NCBI GenBank assembly: GCA_032718475.1
Contig: JAUCBJ010003607.1
Location: 1-48,491, forward strand
Direction: 5' to 3'
Length of the DNA stretch: 48,491 nucleotides
From: Nemertoderma westbladi
Lineage: Eukaryota; Animalia; Xenacoelomorpha
Shown piece after piece: positions 32,061 to 44,940 of the stretch. The notes under the pieces were generated by a model that was given only the letters and a program-made list of their open reading frames with translations, was not told where the DNA came from and did not search any database. The translations under genes and the position numbers were made by a program. Positions within the stretch are counted from its first letter, which is position 1. Every line of letters begins with the position of its first letter.

Positions 32061-33227
32061 CATCATATTCCGTGATGGCTCCGACTTCCTCTCTGTATAC
32101 ATAACCAAAATCATAAACCTCTCAATAGGCCCTAGACAACTCAGTTTTCCCACTAATCTTCAAACTGGCAAAGGGGACACCCATTGCCCATCCACAAAAG
32201 TAAAAACACAACCCAAAGAACAAATTTTATACCAATAGCCCCCCTACAGATTATCTCAAAAGTCCTCGAAAAGGTTATATTCGACCAAGTAATGAAATAC
32301 TATATCACCAACAACATTCTTGACAATTTCCAATCTGGATCTAGACCTGGTTACTCCGTACAAACATGTGCATTATTCCTCGATAACTTTATCAAAGATG
32401 CTATGGAAAATGGAAAGTATGTTGGAATGATTGCAATTGACTTCCAAAAAGCCTTCGACACAGTCGACAGGAACCTCCTGCTTTTTAAACTACAATGCCT
32501 TGGATTCTCTCAAACAGCATTAGCATGGTTCAAATCCTACTTATCAAACCGTAGTCAATTTGTCCAGATTGGTAATACTACCTCCTCAACACGCCCATGC
32601 GACATCGGTGTCCCACAGGGAGCTGTCCTCGCAATGCTCCTCTTCATATCCTATATGAATGACTACTACTTAGGAGATGGGCTAGAAGTTAGTCACCAAA
32701 ACTTTTATAAACGGGAAGCTGATCCAACCACCTATACAGTACCTTTGGTACAGTACCTTTGGGCCATCAACAACCGACTAACGGACTAAGTATACTCTGC
32801 AACTCTGCAACTACACCCAACTTCAACCCAACAGCATCCAACTTACACCAAACTATACTGTATGGCACCAAAATTCCACAAATTACAATATGTAGCCTAA
32901 AGTAACAAACTCTGAACTTCTTTGAGGAATTGCTGATATATGAACTTTTAACAGTTGCATGTACTCGTTGCCATCACTGCCCTGCAATTATGAAAATAAA
33001 TGGGAATATGTCACACCCTTTAGGTGTGTTGCTACATAGTCGGATCCCAAGTGGGGTTTCCCATCGGGCTTTAATGTGGATCACTTGGCGATGTGGGGTT
33101 TCATTATGGATGCTGTAATTTTGGGATGTTGATTGTTAAATATTTGGTGCCATACAGTAGGTATAGTTTGGTGTAAGTTGGATGCAGAGTGGAAGTGCAG
33201 TGGAAGTTGGGTGTAGTGGGGTGGAAC

Positions 33228-33345
33228 TGTGTGGGTGTAGTTGGCTGAAAGTTGGGTGTAGCTGGGTGAAAGTTGGGTGTAGTTGGGTGAAAGTTGGGTG
33301 TAGTTGGGTGTAGTTGGGTGAAAGTTGGGTGTAGTTGGGTGTTTA
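33228..33345. repeat. GTTGGGTG(TA/AAA) tandem repeat; inverse degenerate arm at ~32797-32880
   Basis: Seen directly; probably the arms of a MITE interrupting the LINE. Confidence 0.7.
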
Positions 33346-33715
33346 GGCTGACCGCAACTTTAACGTTACTTACAACGATAAAACACTCCCCACAGTAAAG
33401 ACCATAAACTATTTAGGCTGCCCCTTTGACCCTACATTATCAGGCGAAAGTGCAGTGCGCCGTGCGATCCGAAAAGGAAACTCGATACTCCGCTTTCTCC
33501 ACCTCAATTCAAAAGCGCTTAGTAAACCAATTCGCCGCCTTCTGTGTAATTCCCTAATCCAGCCGCACCTTGATTCCGCTGCCCCATGCTGGTACTCTAG
33601 CACAACAGTCCAACTCCGCAGACGAGTCAACGCACTCCAGAGAAAGTGCATACGTTTCTGTAACTCAATGCTCCCACGACATCACATCGGCATCGACGAC
33701 TTTGTAGCAATGAAC

Positions 33716-35132
33716 TAGTGTTGAGAACTGTAACTGTAATTATACTGTAACTGCAACTGTAACTGAATGATTTTGATGATTTTTTGATACTGTAACCATA
33801 ACTGTAACCGTAATTGCGAATTTTGAATACTGTAACTGTAACTGAAACTGTAATTACGTATTTTGAATACTGTAACTGAAACTGAAATTAACAAAATCCG
33901 ATTCAGTTCTCAATCACACAATTAACATGAATGAGCATTTAAAACAGTATTGTAATAAAGTATAGAGTATAGTTTAATAAATGAATAACAGTGGTTACCA
34001 TAGGTATCATTTTTAAAACATTGTTATAAAAACAATCTCATTTTTTCCACTTCTGAACAAAACCATAATATTACACAATAAAAAAAGACCCATTGTCCAC
34101 TGAGCTCAAATGTGATTTATTTGGCGAGTCAAGTATGTGAACGAAGATCTACAGTAGCATATATATAGTCTATGTTTATCTGTCTCAACTATTCTATTAT
34201 CAGCCCTATCACCACTTTTGCTTCATATTAAATGTAAATGTTTTATATAAACAAAGAAAAGTTAGGCCTATTGGTAGAGGGATTTTAACGGATATATATT
34301 TTCATTATGAATTATTAATGTTACCGGTACTATTAATATCACAATCACACTAGAGGCACACTGGAAATTAAATTTTGATCAAGTTTAACATTATAAATTA
34401 CAAAATTAAACTTAAAAGTGAAAGGAGCAGCTTATCGAGGTGGGTCTAACCAAAACAATAAATTTATGATCACTAAAACAAATTTCGAATTAAGGAAAAT
34501 GAGCAGGATTCAGAAGCATGGCTTTTATAACCAAAACAATAAATGATAACAGTACTGTACAAGCACTGAAACAACATGTACAGTAAAATGTGGGTGCCTT
34601 AGTGTGATCTTGTGACGTGCCACTTTCATTACATACTATCAGTATATTAGTTACACAATATTACCATAGAGTGTGTCCAACTTTCCTACAATAACTACCT
34701 ATTAGCTCTAGAAAGAGGACGTTTCGTAATGAACATTATTATTAGCGTATATTACAGTAATATATTAAAGTGCCTCATTTTTAGTTTCAGATATATTTTT
34801 TTTATTTGGCAAGTGATTTGTTTGATTTTTTTGGGCAAGTGACTCATTGGGCAAGTGACTGCAATGCACCCAGCCCCGATGAGACTAGATTAATTCAATG
34901 ACTGCTTACTACGTGAGATCATATATATTGAATCTATAACTGAAACTGTAACTGAATTTTATAACGATCAAAACTGTAACTGAAACTGAAATGCTCAATT
35001 TTATAATACTGAAACTGTAACTGTAACTGAAATGTTACACTTTGTAATACTGAAACTGTAACTGAAATGCAAAACTTTGAATACTGAAACTGTAACTGAA
35101 ATTAGTCAAAATTGATTCAGTTCTCAACACTA
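33716..35132. mobile_element. hAT-type non-autonomous element, 8-bp TSD CAATGAAC
   Basis: TAGTGTTGAGAACTG...CAGTTCTCAACACTA with (AACTGT/AACTGA)n subterminal repeats. TSD at 33708-33715 and 35133-35140. The LINE frame resumes after it. Confidence 0.93.
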
Positions 35133-35914
35133 CAATGAACTGGTTACCACTCCGAGAACGCGTGCAGCAAGTAAAACACTTACTTACTTGTACCGAATTT
35201 ACACTGGGACCCCACCAAAGTACCTACGCGACCTGATTACGTTCTCCGAGACCCGCTACGTCTACGACGTAGCGAGTCTCACGCTGTAGTACCCTACCAC
35301 AAGACTGCCACAGGCAGCGAATCATTTGCACACCAGGGTCCAAAACTTTGGAACACGCTTCCAAACGAAATCACTAAACAGCTAAATCCCCATCACTGGC
35401 TGACTGGAGTCCTTCAAACATTTTACCTTTAACAAACGTATTTTACTTTTTAGCAATCAATACCTAGTAATCAATTAACTTTAATTTAAAAAGCCGCGCC
35501 CTTTTAGAACTTTGTACTAACTGACTAAATTTAATAATTTATATTTAGGCCTATCCGTCTAATTTGTTTATTTTATCACACCTATGTTCATTCTAAATTA
35601 CTGCAACTTGACTTAACTCCTTTGCAATATGTACATATGTAACACGTTCGTGGGGCCTTCGCGCAGCACGAGGCCCAGTTATGAGATACAAATTAAAATT
35701 GTGCGACTGTATCACAAAATCAGGTTATGAGAGATTAACCCACACCACCAATTAATCAAAGAAAGGGGGACAGCACGTGTTCACCCCCTTTAATCTGCAC
35801 CCCCCCCCCCCCCCCTCCCCCACCCACCAATACATAACCGCGACATCTACCACCCACGGAAGGGTAGCACGAACTTATTTCCAAACGCACGTTCAATATG
35901 CAAAGCCAGGTGGT

Positions 35915-36373
35915 TTATAGGAATATAATCAATGCAGTACTCGTTTTCATTATAAGCCTTTTTGCGTTCGACCTGTTTTGTATTAAAATATATTTATTAA
36001 ACGCAGGCTGACGCTCTTTATAATAATAATACCTAGGGATGCCAGCTTCCAGACTTTCAATCTTTACTGCCGCGCAAACCCCGCAGAGGAAGTTTTGGTT
36101 TGAGAGATCAAGCCCATCGGCAATTTGTGTTTCAATTTCGGTCCAGGAACTCTGACAATGGGAGCATTCAATCTTAGCTGTGGTCCATTCCCGTGGTTTC
36201 GGCTTCCTTTTCTTCGTCCCAATGACAGATTCTTCTGAAGACGTTCGATTCGCTTTCAGTTTATTGTTGGCGTTTGTGTTTTGAAGTTGTATTCGAGTGG
36301 ACAGTCGCGCCGGTTTCGAGGTAACCATGCCGACCTGTGATAAGCGTTGGTTATGTTGAGTGCCGGTATTCAT
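35915..36373 (-). pseudogene. Possible LINE ORF1 N-terminal remnant with partial PHD-like finger
   Basis: KIECSHC...W......NFLCGVC resembles the second half of a PHD finger; the downstream part degrades. Confidence 0.3.
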
Positions 36374-37247
36374 CTTCTCTCACCTCTTCAATGTCAGATG
36401 TTGCAAACACTGATAACACAAATAACGGTATATATTTCAATACTTGTCAATAGTAATATATATAATTTAGATAACATTTTATATCTGTACTGTTGAGCAA
36501 ACTCTACATAAATTTCAACCTGTGTATCGCCGGTAGTGCTGTTGCTGTGCAAGTGCTGAAGTGCTAGTTGCCACCGGTCACGCGGTCAGCCGGTAGTAGG
36601 GTGGTACCATGGCCTACTACACACAGGCCATGACAAGGACTTTGCTGTGAAATTAGCGTAGGCTGACTGATGAATTATCAAATATTATATATTCTATGAA
36701 TGCAGGGTCCATATTTAAAAGAAGATGACTAGATTTTCGTAAATAATTCAATTGAAACAGTATTTAATAATTAATAAATTAATTATCGCTCGAGTTCCTG
36801 CAGCTTTTATTCGTTTGTGGCTGCCTCTGGCTATGTTTGTGGCAGGAATGTTTGAACGCTAATAAGTCGGTCAATCATGGATGAAATGGAACCAAACTTG
36901 GTACACATGTAGTCTATAAAAAATTTAGAAATTCTACACACAGACAGACTTCTACAGTTCCCCGGTCTGCTGCTAGGGGGCGAATTAACAGAAACGTAAA
37001 AATAGCTGTAATTATAGAACCAACGATCAGATTCATCTGAAATTTAGTAGTAGTTACCTAAGAGCATTGCTTAATTAGAAATTCTACAGAGACTTTTACA
37101 GTTCCTGTCTGCCGCTCCGCTAGTGGGGAATTGTTAGAGCTCCAGTTCAACGTGCTTAGCACGGTTTAATAAACAATCAATTAATTATTTTATTCAATAC
37201 AGTAATTATAACAGTAAAATGCAATGTATTCTATTTTTTAGTGAAAT

Positions 37248-37504
37248 CAAGAGATAGGAGGGGGTGGGACTGGACGCAAATCCCATCTTGGCGAATTAAT
37301 ATCCCGCTTCAATATTAATTTCTCAATTTTGGGAAAGGAGCAGGTTACAGTGGCACGTTATTTTAACCAAAACAATAAAGTAAACACAATAGAATAGGTT
37401 ACAGTTTTATTCTTGAGAGAAATCAGCTGTTGTTATTTGCGTCCAATTTCCCCTGGAGAGGGATGAATTTTTATTGCGTCCAGCCCCCCACCCCCCCTAT
37501 CTTG
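37248..37504. mobile_element. Small MITE nested in the P-like element
   Basis: GATAGGAGGGGGTGGGACTGGACGCAA versus TTGCGTCCAGCCCCCACCCCCCTATC, imperfect inverted ends. Confidence 0.55.
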
Positions 37505-38326
37505 AAATCAAATACCAAAAATATATTTATTATATGAACAATCTATTTGGAAATTGTAAGTTCGGCCTATCTCTTTACCATAAGCTCAGTATCTTTATCT
37601 GGTGTGTTTTTATTATTTTACCAATTATTTAATATGTTTGATAGAATTGAACAACACCGCCCAACACAACCAACTCTCTATCCGCCTCGAGCATCGAGAA
37701 TACGAGAAACTCGATCGAAATACATGCTTATCCCAGTAGTATCCGTCCGTAGTCACCGGACTGCTGCGGTTTACTCCCGTAGAACAGTAGAATTCCCGCA
37801 GCTTCCGACCCAATTCGACAACGAATTCGCTTCACACTTCAGAGAACAGAGAACGTAATCCAGTGCGATAACGTCTGCCCAACGTTCAACCATTTCCCCC
37901 AGCGATCCCAGGATCCGGGCCGCCGCTAAACCCAGATCGCAATCCTCGTCGATTCGTCCAGGTAAGTCAGTAAGTGGGACTCTTCCCACCGCACTCCAAG
38001 GTGGGTGACCGGAGTGAGGCATGAGGAACTTGACAGTGGCCCGCATTACGATCTGACCGACCGCCGTATTCCCAGTGTCTGAGTGTAGTAAATATCCAAA
38101 TAGAATCGTACTGACAAACAAGCAATTCCGTAGTATTCCCCCGTTAATCACCTCTTGAAGCAACTCGGCTGCTCGGGTCCAGATACATCGCAGCATCGGA
38201 CTGTCGGGAGCGTTTCAGACAGTAATGGAGCGGCATTTGCGAATATTTCCAATGGTTTTATAATAAATAAGGGGATTCAACAGTTCAATGCTAAAACAAA
38301 TGGATTATTCCTAACCCCACCCCAAT

Positions 38327-38848
38327 CCAGACTGGAATCCATACACTTTGCGCCGGATTAATCCGGCGCACTTTACAATAAAAGCGCGCCAATGTGGCGC
38401 GTGGCGCGCTTGAAAATCGTAAAGTGCGCCGGTTTGGCGCGTGGCGCGCTCGGAAATCGTAAAGTTGGCGCTCCCAAAAATAAAAACCGGCGCCAATTTG
38501 TTGGTTTAACAATTACGGAAGTGCCTTAAAAATTGCATTAGCTGTTAAAAAATTTCGGCTCGCTTCGCTCGCCTTTCTTTTTTCTAGTGTGTGGTTACTG
38601 CTGTACTGCTGAAGCTGAACAGGGACATATGTACAGCTCTACAGCAGTACTGACATTGGCAGACTGGTTACACTCCTTCAAAATTGAAAATGCATTGGCG
38701 CGGCGCTCTTCAAAATTGTTTCAAATGTGCGGCACGCTTAAAAATATCGTTGGCGCAGGGTTTGCTTTGAAATTGCATCGGCGCGTGGCGCGCATAAAAA
38801 TTGGTTGGTGCGCTATCCGGCGCACTTTTTGGATGGATTCCATACAGG
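38327..38848. mobile_element. MITE with imperfect TIR (CCAGACTGGAATCC / CCTGTATGGAATCC), 8-bp TSD ACCCCAAT
   Basis: TSD at 38319-38326 and 38849-38856; TGGCGCG subterminal motifs. Confidence 0.8.
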
Positions 38849-40255
38849 ACCCCAATACAGCAATATACCTAACAGTATATAGCTTAGGTACCACAGTTTG
38901 ACAGTACCATAATCAGCACAGTCAGCCTACGCTAATTTCACAGCAAAGTCCTTGTCATGGCCTGTGTGTAGTAGGCCATGGGTGGTACCTACGGTGCGCA
39001 CTACAACGGCAGTACAGCAATACGGCATACCGTGCCAATGAGTGAATGATTAGCGGTAACTATCTAAACTATTAGGCCTATGTTACAGTATTATTATTAC
39101 CGGTGCCGGTAGGCCTACTGGGCTAATTACTGAATTAGGCCTAAACTATAATCACCGCAAGGGTTGCATGATATGGCATGTCTGCAGTGTATGGTACCGG
39201 TTGACCAGTATTGCAGTATTGAATGATTGCAGGATTCTCGATTCAGGGATTGAGTACAGCCTGACAGTACCGGTACACATGGTACATGCAGAATTGCAAA
39301 ATTTGTTAGAAACACAGCTGATTTATCCTACAGTAATAATAATTTAACGCATTTTAAATTTGGATAAATAATTTATTATAACTGCAATAACAGTTACACT
39401 GATGCTGCATGAAGGCCCCACGCAAATTCTACTTGGAAAATTTTCAAACTTTTGCCAAACAACATGTGTACCAAGTTTGGATAGATTTCATCAAGGATTG
39501 GTCGAGTTATTAACGTTTAAAATAAAATACTGAAAAAAAAACGCGACAGAACGACAGAACGACAGGTTGATTAATGGTACCACTACGCTAAGGCTCACTC
39601 ACTTCGTGGCTCGCCCCACACAGCCACATACTGTACCAACATCCATAGACCCTTTACCGATTTGAATATTTCCTAATATAGCGAGGACCTTCATGAAAAC
39701 GAGACATAGTCTCATGCTCTCAAGGGGTTATCCTCGACGGCAAATCACTACCTAATTAACTCTCAGTATATATATTATATGCATTGTCAGATTGTGTATT
39801 TATAATTCCTAACTCACAGACGCGGTAAACTTATTACAAATAAATACAGTACATAATATTTTATAGTAAAACAATAGAAATATATACAGTCAGACAGTAC
39901 ATAATATTTTAAAATAAGACAATAAACAGTAAATAAATACAGTTTTTAAAATGTATTAATAAGACAATGTAAACCTTTTGATTACTACAGTACTAATAGA
40001 TACATTTTATTGATGCCGAACGGTTTTATAATTATTGTGTTGTCGTTGTTGCTTTTATTTTAATTATACCTTACATATCTTATCCACTGTTTCCGTTTGT
40101 CCTAAATGTCTTATAATAATTACAATATTTTTTAGTAAAATTACAATAATTTTGTGGTTTGGTTATGATAGGCCTATGACATGACAGTACTGCAGTATGA
40201 CAGCGTACCGGTCAGCCGGTACCGGTAACAGGTAAGTTACCGGTACCGGCTGACC

Positions 40256-42241
40256 CCAGGTTGGAATTTATGTAGAGTTTGCTCAACATGTGTGGCGCGC
40301 ATTTAGGATCCTGGCGCGAAGGAACAGGGGCGTGTGGCGCGCATTTAGGATCCTGGCGCGAAGGAACAGGGGCGTGTGGCGCGCATTGAGGATCCTGGCG
40401 CGGAAATGGATGTCATGTACAGTAGCAAAATACATTGGCATGGCAACATATCCAGCCACTCCACTTCAAATTATATCGGTCTACCAGTAGAGTCTATTTT
40501 TAAAAAGAGTTAGGCCTAGGCCTTAAAAAATTTTCGCTCGCTTCGCTCGCGTTTGTGTATTATGCAGTTATGCCTGCCTACTGTACGCTCTTTTCTTATT
40601 CATCATTCTAATAACTATAATCTGTTAATAGAATAGGGATATTTGATTACATACAGTGATATTTTATTACAGTAATTGTTTATTAACCTATGTAAGTAGT
40701 TCCGTGCCTTGAACTGTTTTGCACTCCCACATTATGGACAAACCGACAGAATGAGCATTGAAGGTACCGTATCCAATCCACGTTAATCGTCATGGCCAAT
40801 CAGGCTAAAGTTTTAATGTCTTTCAAAATATGAGTTGTTTGAAAGGTTTTTCAATTGTTCACACCAATATAGCCTAAAACCACGATTCAGCAGATTTTCC
40901 GTACTCGCTACACTCCGATGTAATTCATAATCACATCTGTAGGTAAAAAATAGTCGGTTGACCAAAAAATGTTAAAATTTTCTTGCTGGCTACACTCAGA
41001 CACTCGCAATTTAATCACATCTGTAGCCTATTCATTCGGTTGACCTACTATCGGTTGGTTGGAACGGTCTACCATTGGTTACTCGCAGCTGTGAAACTCT
41101 GGAAACTTTCAAACACTCTGTAAAAAGATACCTTTTGTCAATGGCAGCTGAAAATGAAAATAATGACTACATTTTTATTTAAATTCAATAACAGATATTA
41201 GTCAATGGCCGCTGAAAATGAAAATCTATATTATTATTTAAATACTGTTATCATTAAGTTACAGTCAGCCAGTTAGAGCCCTATTAACTACTTATTTGCG
41301 TTGTTGAGAGCTTTAACCATTAAAACTCTTTTTTAAATATTTTAAGATTTTAATTTAATTCGCCTTAACTTAAATAAATAAATATTTTTAATAATAATAA
41401 AAATACTACGGTACTTTAAAATGGAATTTGTTCTGTTATATTAGGTGTATTATGTATTTTTGTGTACTATACAGAGGTGAATATGATTACCACAGTATTT
41501 TGCTTAGAGATGAATATAAGTAATACTACAGTATTTTGCTTAGAGGTGAACATGATTAATACTGTACCACAGTATATTGAATAGTGATCAATACTACGGC
41601 GATTAATACCAAATACCAGGATATTTCAACCGTATGTTATTATTTCGTCCAATTAATTTGCATATTACTGTATTATGACACTGTATATATTTTCATGTTT
41701 TATTTTATCCATATGTAATTTTAAACGATTTTAAATTTAAGCTGCATAAATCATTTTAAGAGGGGACCTGCATGGAAACGAGTTCTATGAACTCATGCAG
41801 TTATCCCCGTCAGAACATTTTATTAGATAATCTTTAACATATAAATGTATATTATGTATATGTTCTTATGTATATGTATTTCTGTGTATTTCATGCGTTT
41901 CTGACAATAAACAACTTCAACTTCAACTTCATCTGAATATCACAGTATTAGAGTATTACTGTACGCCTATTCATGTTTACATTTCAGCAAAATTTTCTTG
42001 CTCGCTCCGCTCGCATTTTCATTTTAAAATACTGTAGGAGTGGGTCTAGCTCTAGGTCTGTAGCGTAGGTAGCCTACTGCCTGACTGCAGTATAAACTGA
42101 TAAATGCAGAAATGATTACAATAATTGCAAAATTTAATGGTCAATCTTACAATGGTTGGCGCGCATTGAATGTCATGGCTGGCGCGCTTTTCGTTTAACC
42201 AGAATCCGTGTGGCGCACTTTTTGTCAATATTCCATATAGG
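40256..42241. mobile_element. Larger element of the same terminal type (CCAGGTTGGAAT / CCTATATGGAAT), 8-bp TSD GGCTGACC
   Basis: TSD at 40248-40255 and 42242-42249. Contains a 42-bp tandem repeat (2.6 copies) at 40290-40402 with TGGCGCG motifs and a (CAACTT)n-tailed fragment ending 41930. Confidence 0.78.
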
Positions 42242-42637
42242 GGCTGACCGGGCTGCCGGGACACTGTCATACAGTCATACTGCAGTACCGGTACAATACC
42301 GGCACCCACCGGTACTGACTGTCATGACAGCATGACATACTGCCAGACTGCAGTAAACTGCTGAACTGCTCCCGGCACCGCACCCTCTTCTCTTGGGCAA
42401 CGCACCGGCATGTACGGTCTGACGGTAGTAAAATACGAAATACGCACCGCAGATGCGATTATTACTGTATTAATTCACTGTCACTGATTCACTGTCCGGT
42501 CAGCCGGTACACTAGTATTAAGTATATTACTGTTGTACTGTTGTACTGTATTACAGTATTACATATTACAGTATTAACTGATCAATGGATGATTGGTAGG
42601 ACAGAGTGGGAGTGACTGATGGATGATGCATGATCTG

Positions 42638-44550
42638 GGGCGGTATTCATAGTGTTATGTTTCATCTTTTTCTAACCTCTATTAAAACTTTTTTACCATT
42701 TATTCCATTTAACTATACACATATTAGACCTCGTTAATATTTAATATCTTAATAACTAATTGACAAACTGCATTTATCTATTTTTATCCTATATAATCGA
42801 CGTTTTTAACTATGTACATTTAATAGTTTTTACTCGCGGCTTTACTGTTCTTTATTAATTTAATTTTTTACTTTCTTTTAATTTTAACCAAATAATTAAA
42901 TATAAGTTTTAAAAATGCAACCTATAATTAAATCAAGTTTTTAAATATATAAATTTGTTCGTCCTATTTGTGTAAACCATAATTTTATTTCACGTTCGAC
43001 TTTGTGTAATTTAAGATATTTTTAAGCCCTATGCTCCACAGCCATAATTTACATTACTTTTCACACTTTTCACAATTTTTGCTACATACTTTCTTTTACG
43101 TACTCTCCTATAAACATTAATTAGTGCTAGGTAGTCTGGTAGTTTCAGTTTAAATATTTTGACAGTACTGTGTAGTTTTATATTATGTCTGCACAGGTGC
43201 AATAAGCTTCTGCTTCCTCCACCTCATTATTAAACATTAAACATTAGTATTAGTTACAGCTACTTAGTGACAGATTTTAGTAAGAGCTGCAACTATGTTT
43301 AGTAAGAGCTATCTTGTTACTAAAAATAACTGATTTTAGTAAAAGCATTGATTTAACTTAGTTTCAACTAGCCCTTAAAAATATCAGTATTCATAAACTG
43401 TTACTAAACTTAGTTCTAGCCTATTTGTAGCAGTGCCGGTACTTTAACTTATGTTTATCAAAAAGCTTTCAGTTTCAACTTAAGGACGGTAGCTAATGTA
43501 TGCCCTGCATGTCTCTATGTTTACTGTTTTACTAGTATTGGTAGCCTACATTAATGATTAAACCCATTAATTTTATTGGTCACTAAAACAATTCCTGTTT
43601 TTCAGTAAATTTTTTTCGTTATCAAATATACTGTATACTGTATTACCTCCACTCAATTTAATTATCGCTAAAATATATTTTTGAATCATCAAAAATAAAT
43701 CTGTTACGACCTGTTGTAATAAAATCCCTTCATTATTTAGGTTAGACTAACGTAGCACTGTAACCTGCCCTTTCCCACATTTTAGCAATAATTTATTTAT
43801 AATTAATAGATTTAATGTTAATTAATAGATTTTAGTGGAAACTGAATATTATAGTGATTTCCTGTTAAAACTTTAGTGAAAAATTATTATTTTTAGTAAG
43901 GTAAGTAATTAATAAGTAATTAGTAAGTAATTTGTCATTGATAAATCAATTGGCTACCATTATCGAATACCATTATTTACATTCGGTAATAGAGAGGAAA
44001 AGAAAGAAGTGGGAAAGCTACCGCTTTTTCATCTTGCGAAAGTTCGCGAATGGTAGAATTCTTTAGTGAAACACATTTTTCCCGTTCGGGAGCAATCTCA
44101 CCATTCAAGAATGTAACTGAAATTTGGAAATTTAAGTCGGATATATGTTTAAAAAACAAAAAGCTTTATCTCGTTACATTTGACAGTTTCTCTGCAACAA
44201 CACATTTGCAATGAACACAGAATGCTAGAAAAACAAGAAAGGGTATAATGTGGCCGGAGTCGACAGTAACATAATAAGCATAGGCCTACTGTATGTATGA
44301 AGGCCAACATAGAATAAGTAAGCGTTCTTACCAACTTAGTCACATCTTAATGTGACTAGAAATTTAAGTTACAGCTAATACTAACTTAAGTAAGACTAAA
44401 TTCTATGAATACGAGTTTAGCAACAACTAGTACTAAATACGTTAGTAATAAGTAGCACCAACTTCTCTGAATACCGAATTAGTACCTTACTTACTAACTT
44501 GATGTGACTAGGACTAAGTTCCTAGTTAGTCACATTTATGAATACCGCCC
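42638..44550. mobile_element. PIF/Harbinger-like non-autonomous element, 3-bp TSD CTG
   Basis: GGGCGGTATTCATA...TATGAATACCGCCC, with CTG at 42635-42637 and 44551-44553. The left arm appears interrupted by an insert ending (AAACATT)n near 43245. Confidence 0.75.
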
Positions 44551-44633
44551 CTGATGATGAAAACACAAGATACCGGTAAGTACAGGTAGGATCCATTCGA
44601 CCAGAGTTATTCACTTCAATGGCATTCAGATAA

Positions 44634-44915
44634 GGGTGTTTGAAAAAGGTGGACTGGACACAGAAAACATCAACAGTGGACAGACCATTGAGAAACATAA
44701 TAAGCAAAGCAGTTTGTTGCGATTGGTCTGTCCACCTTTTTCAAGTTTTCGCTTTCTTAATTACATAATTGGGAATAAGATGTGTGTTTGAACTTGAAAA
44801 AGGTGGACTGGACACAGGAACATAAAATATAGATAATAAATAGTCTGGCCAATCAGAAACGTATCAAGCAATGCTGTTTTGTAGTGATAGGATTGTCCAC
44901 CTTTTTCAAGTTTCA
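44634..44915. mobile_element. Solo terminal arm of the adjacent Mutator-like family
   Basis: GGGTGTTTGAAAAAGGTGGACTGG...; near reverse complement of 45960-46223. Confidence 0.75.
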
Positions 44916-44940
44916 CTGTAGGATACAGTATCACAGGGAC

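Larger units (their letters stand above)
31045..35400 (+). mobile_element. Degenerate CR1/L2-like LINE ORF2 split into four colinear pieces (31045-31318, 32060-32662, ~33355-33715, 35133-35400)
   Basis: IADEFNKYY...KSCGPDNIPP | IIFRDG...FQSGSRPGYS...IDFQKAFDTVD...GVPQGAVL...YMND | YLG...LCNSLIQPHLDSAAPCWY | NWLPLRERV...GPKLWNTLP. Confidence 0.85.
36608..38980. mobile_element. P-superfamily-like non-autonomous element, 62-bp perfect TIR, 8-bp TSD GGTGGTAC
   Basis: CATGGCCTACTACACACAGGCCATGACAAGGACTTTGCTGTGAAATTAGCGTAGGCTGACTG at 36608, inverse at 38919-38980. TSD at 36600-36607 and 38981-38988. CATG termini with an 8-bp TSD are P-like. Confidence 0.85.
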
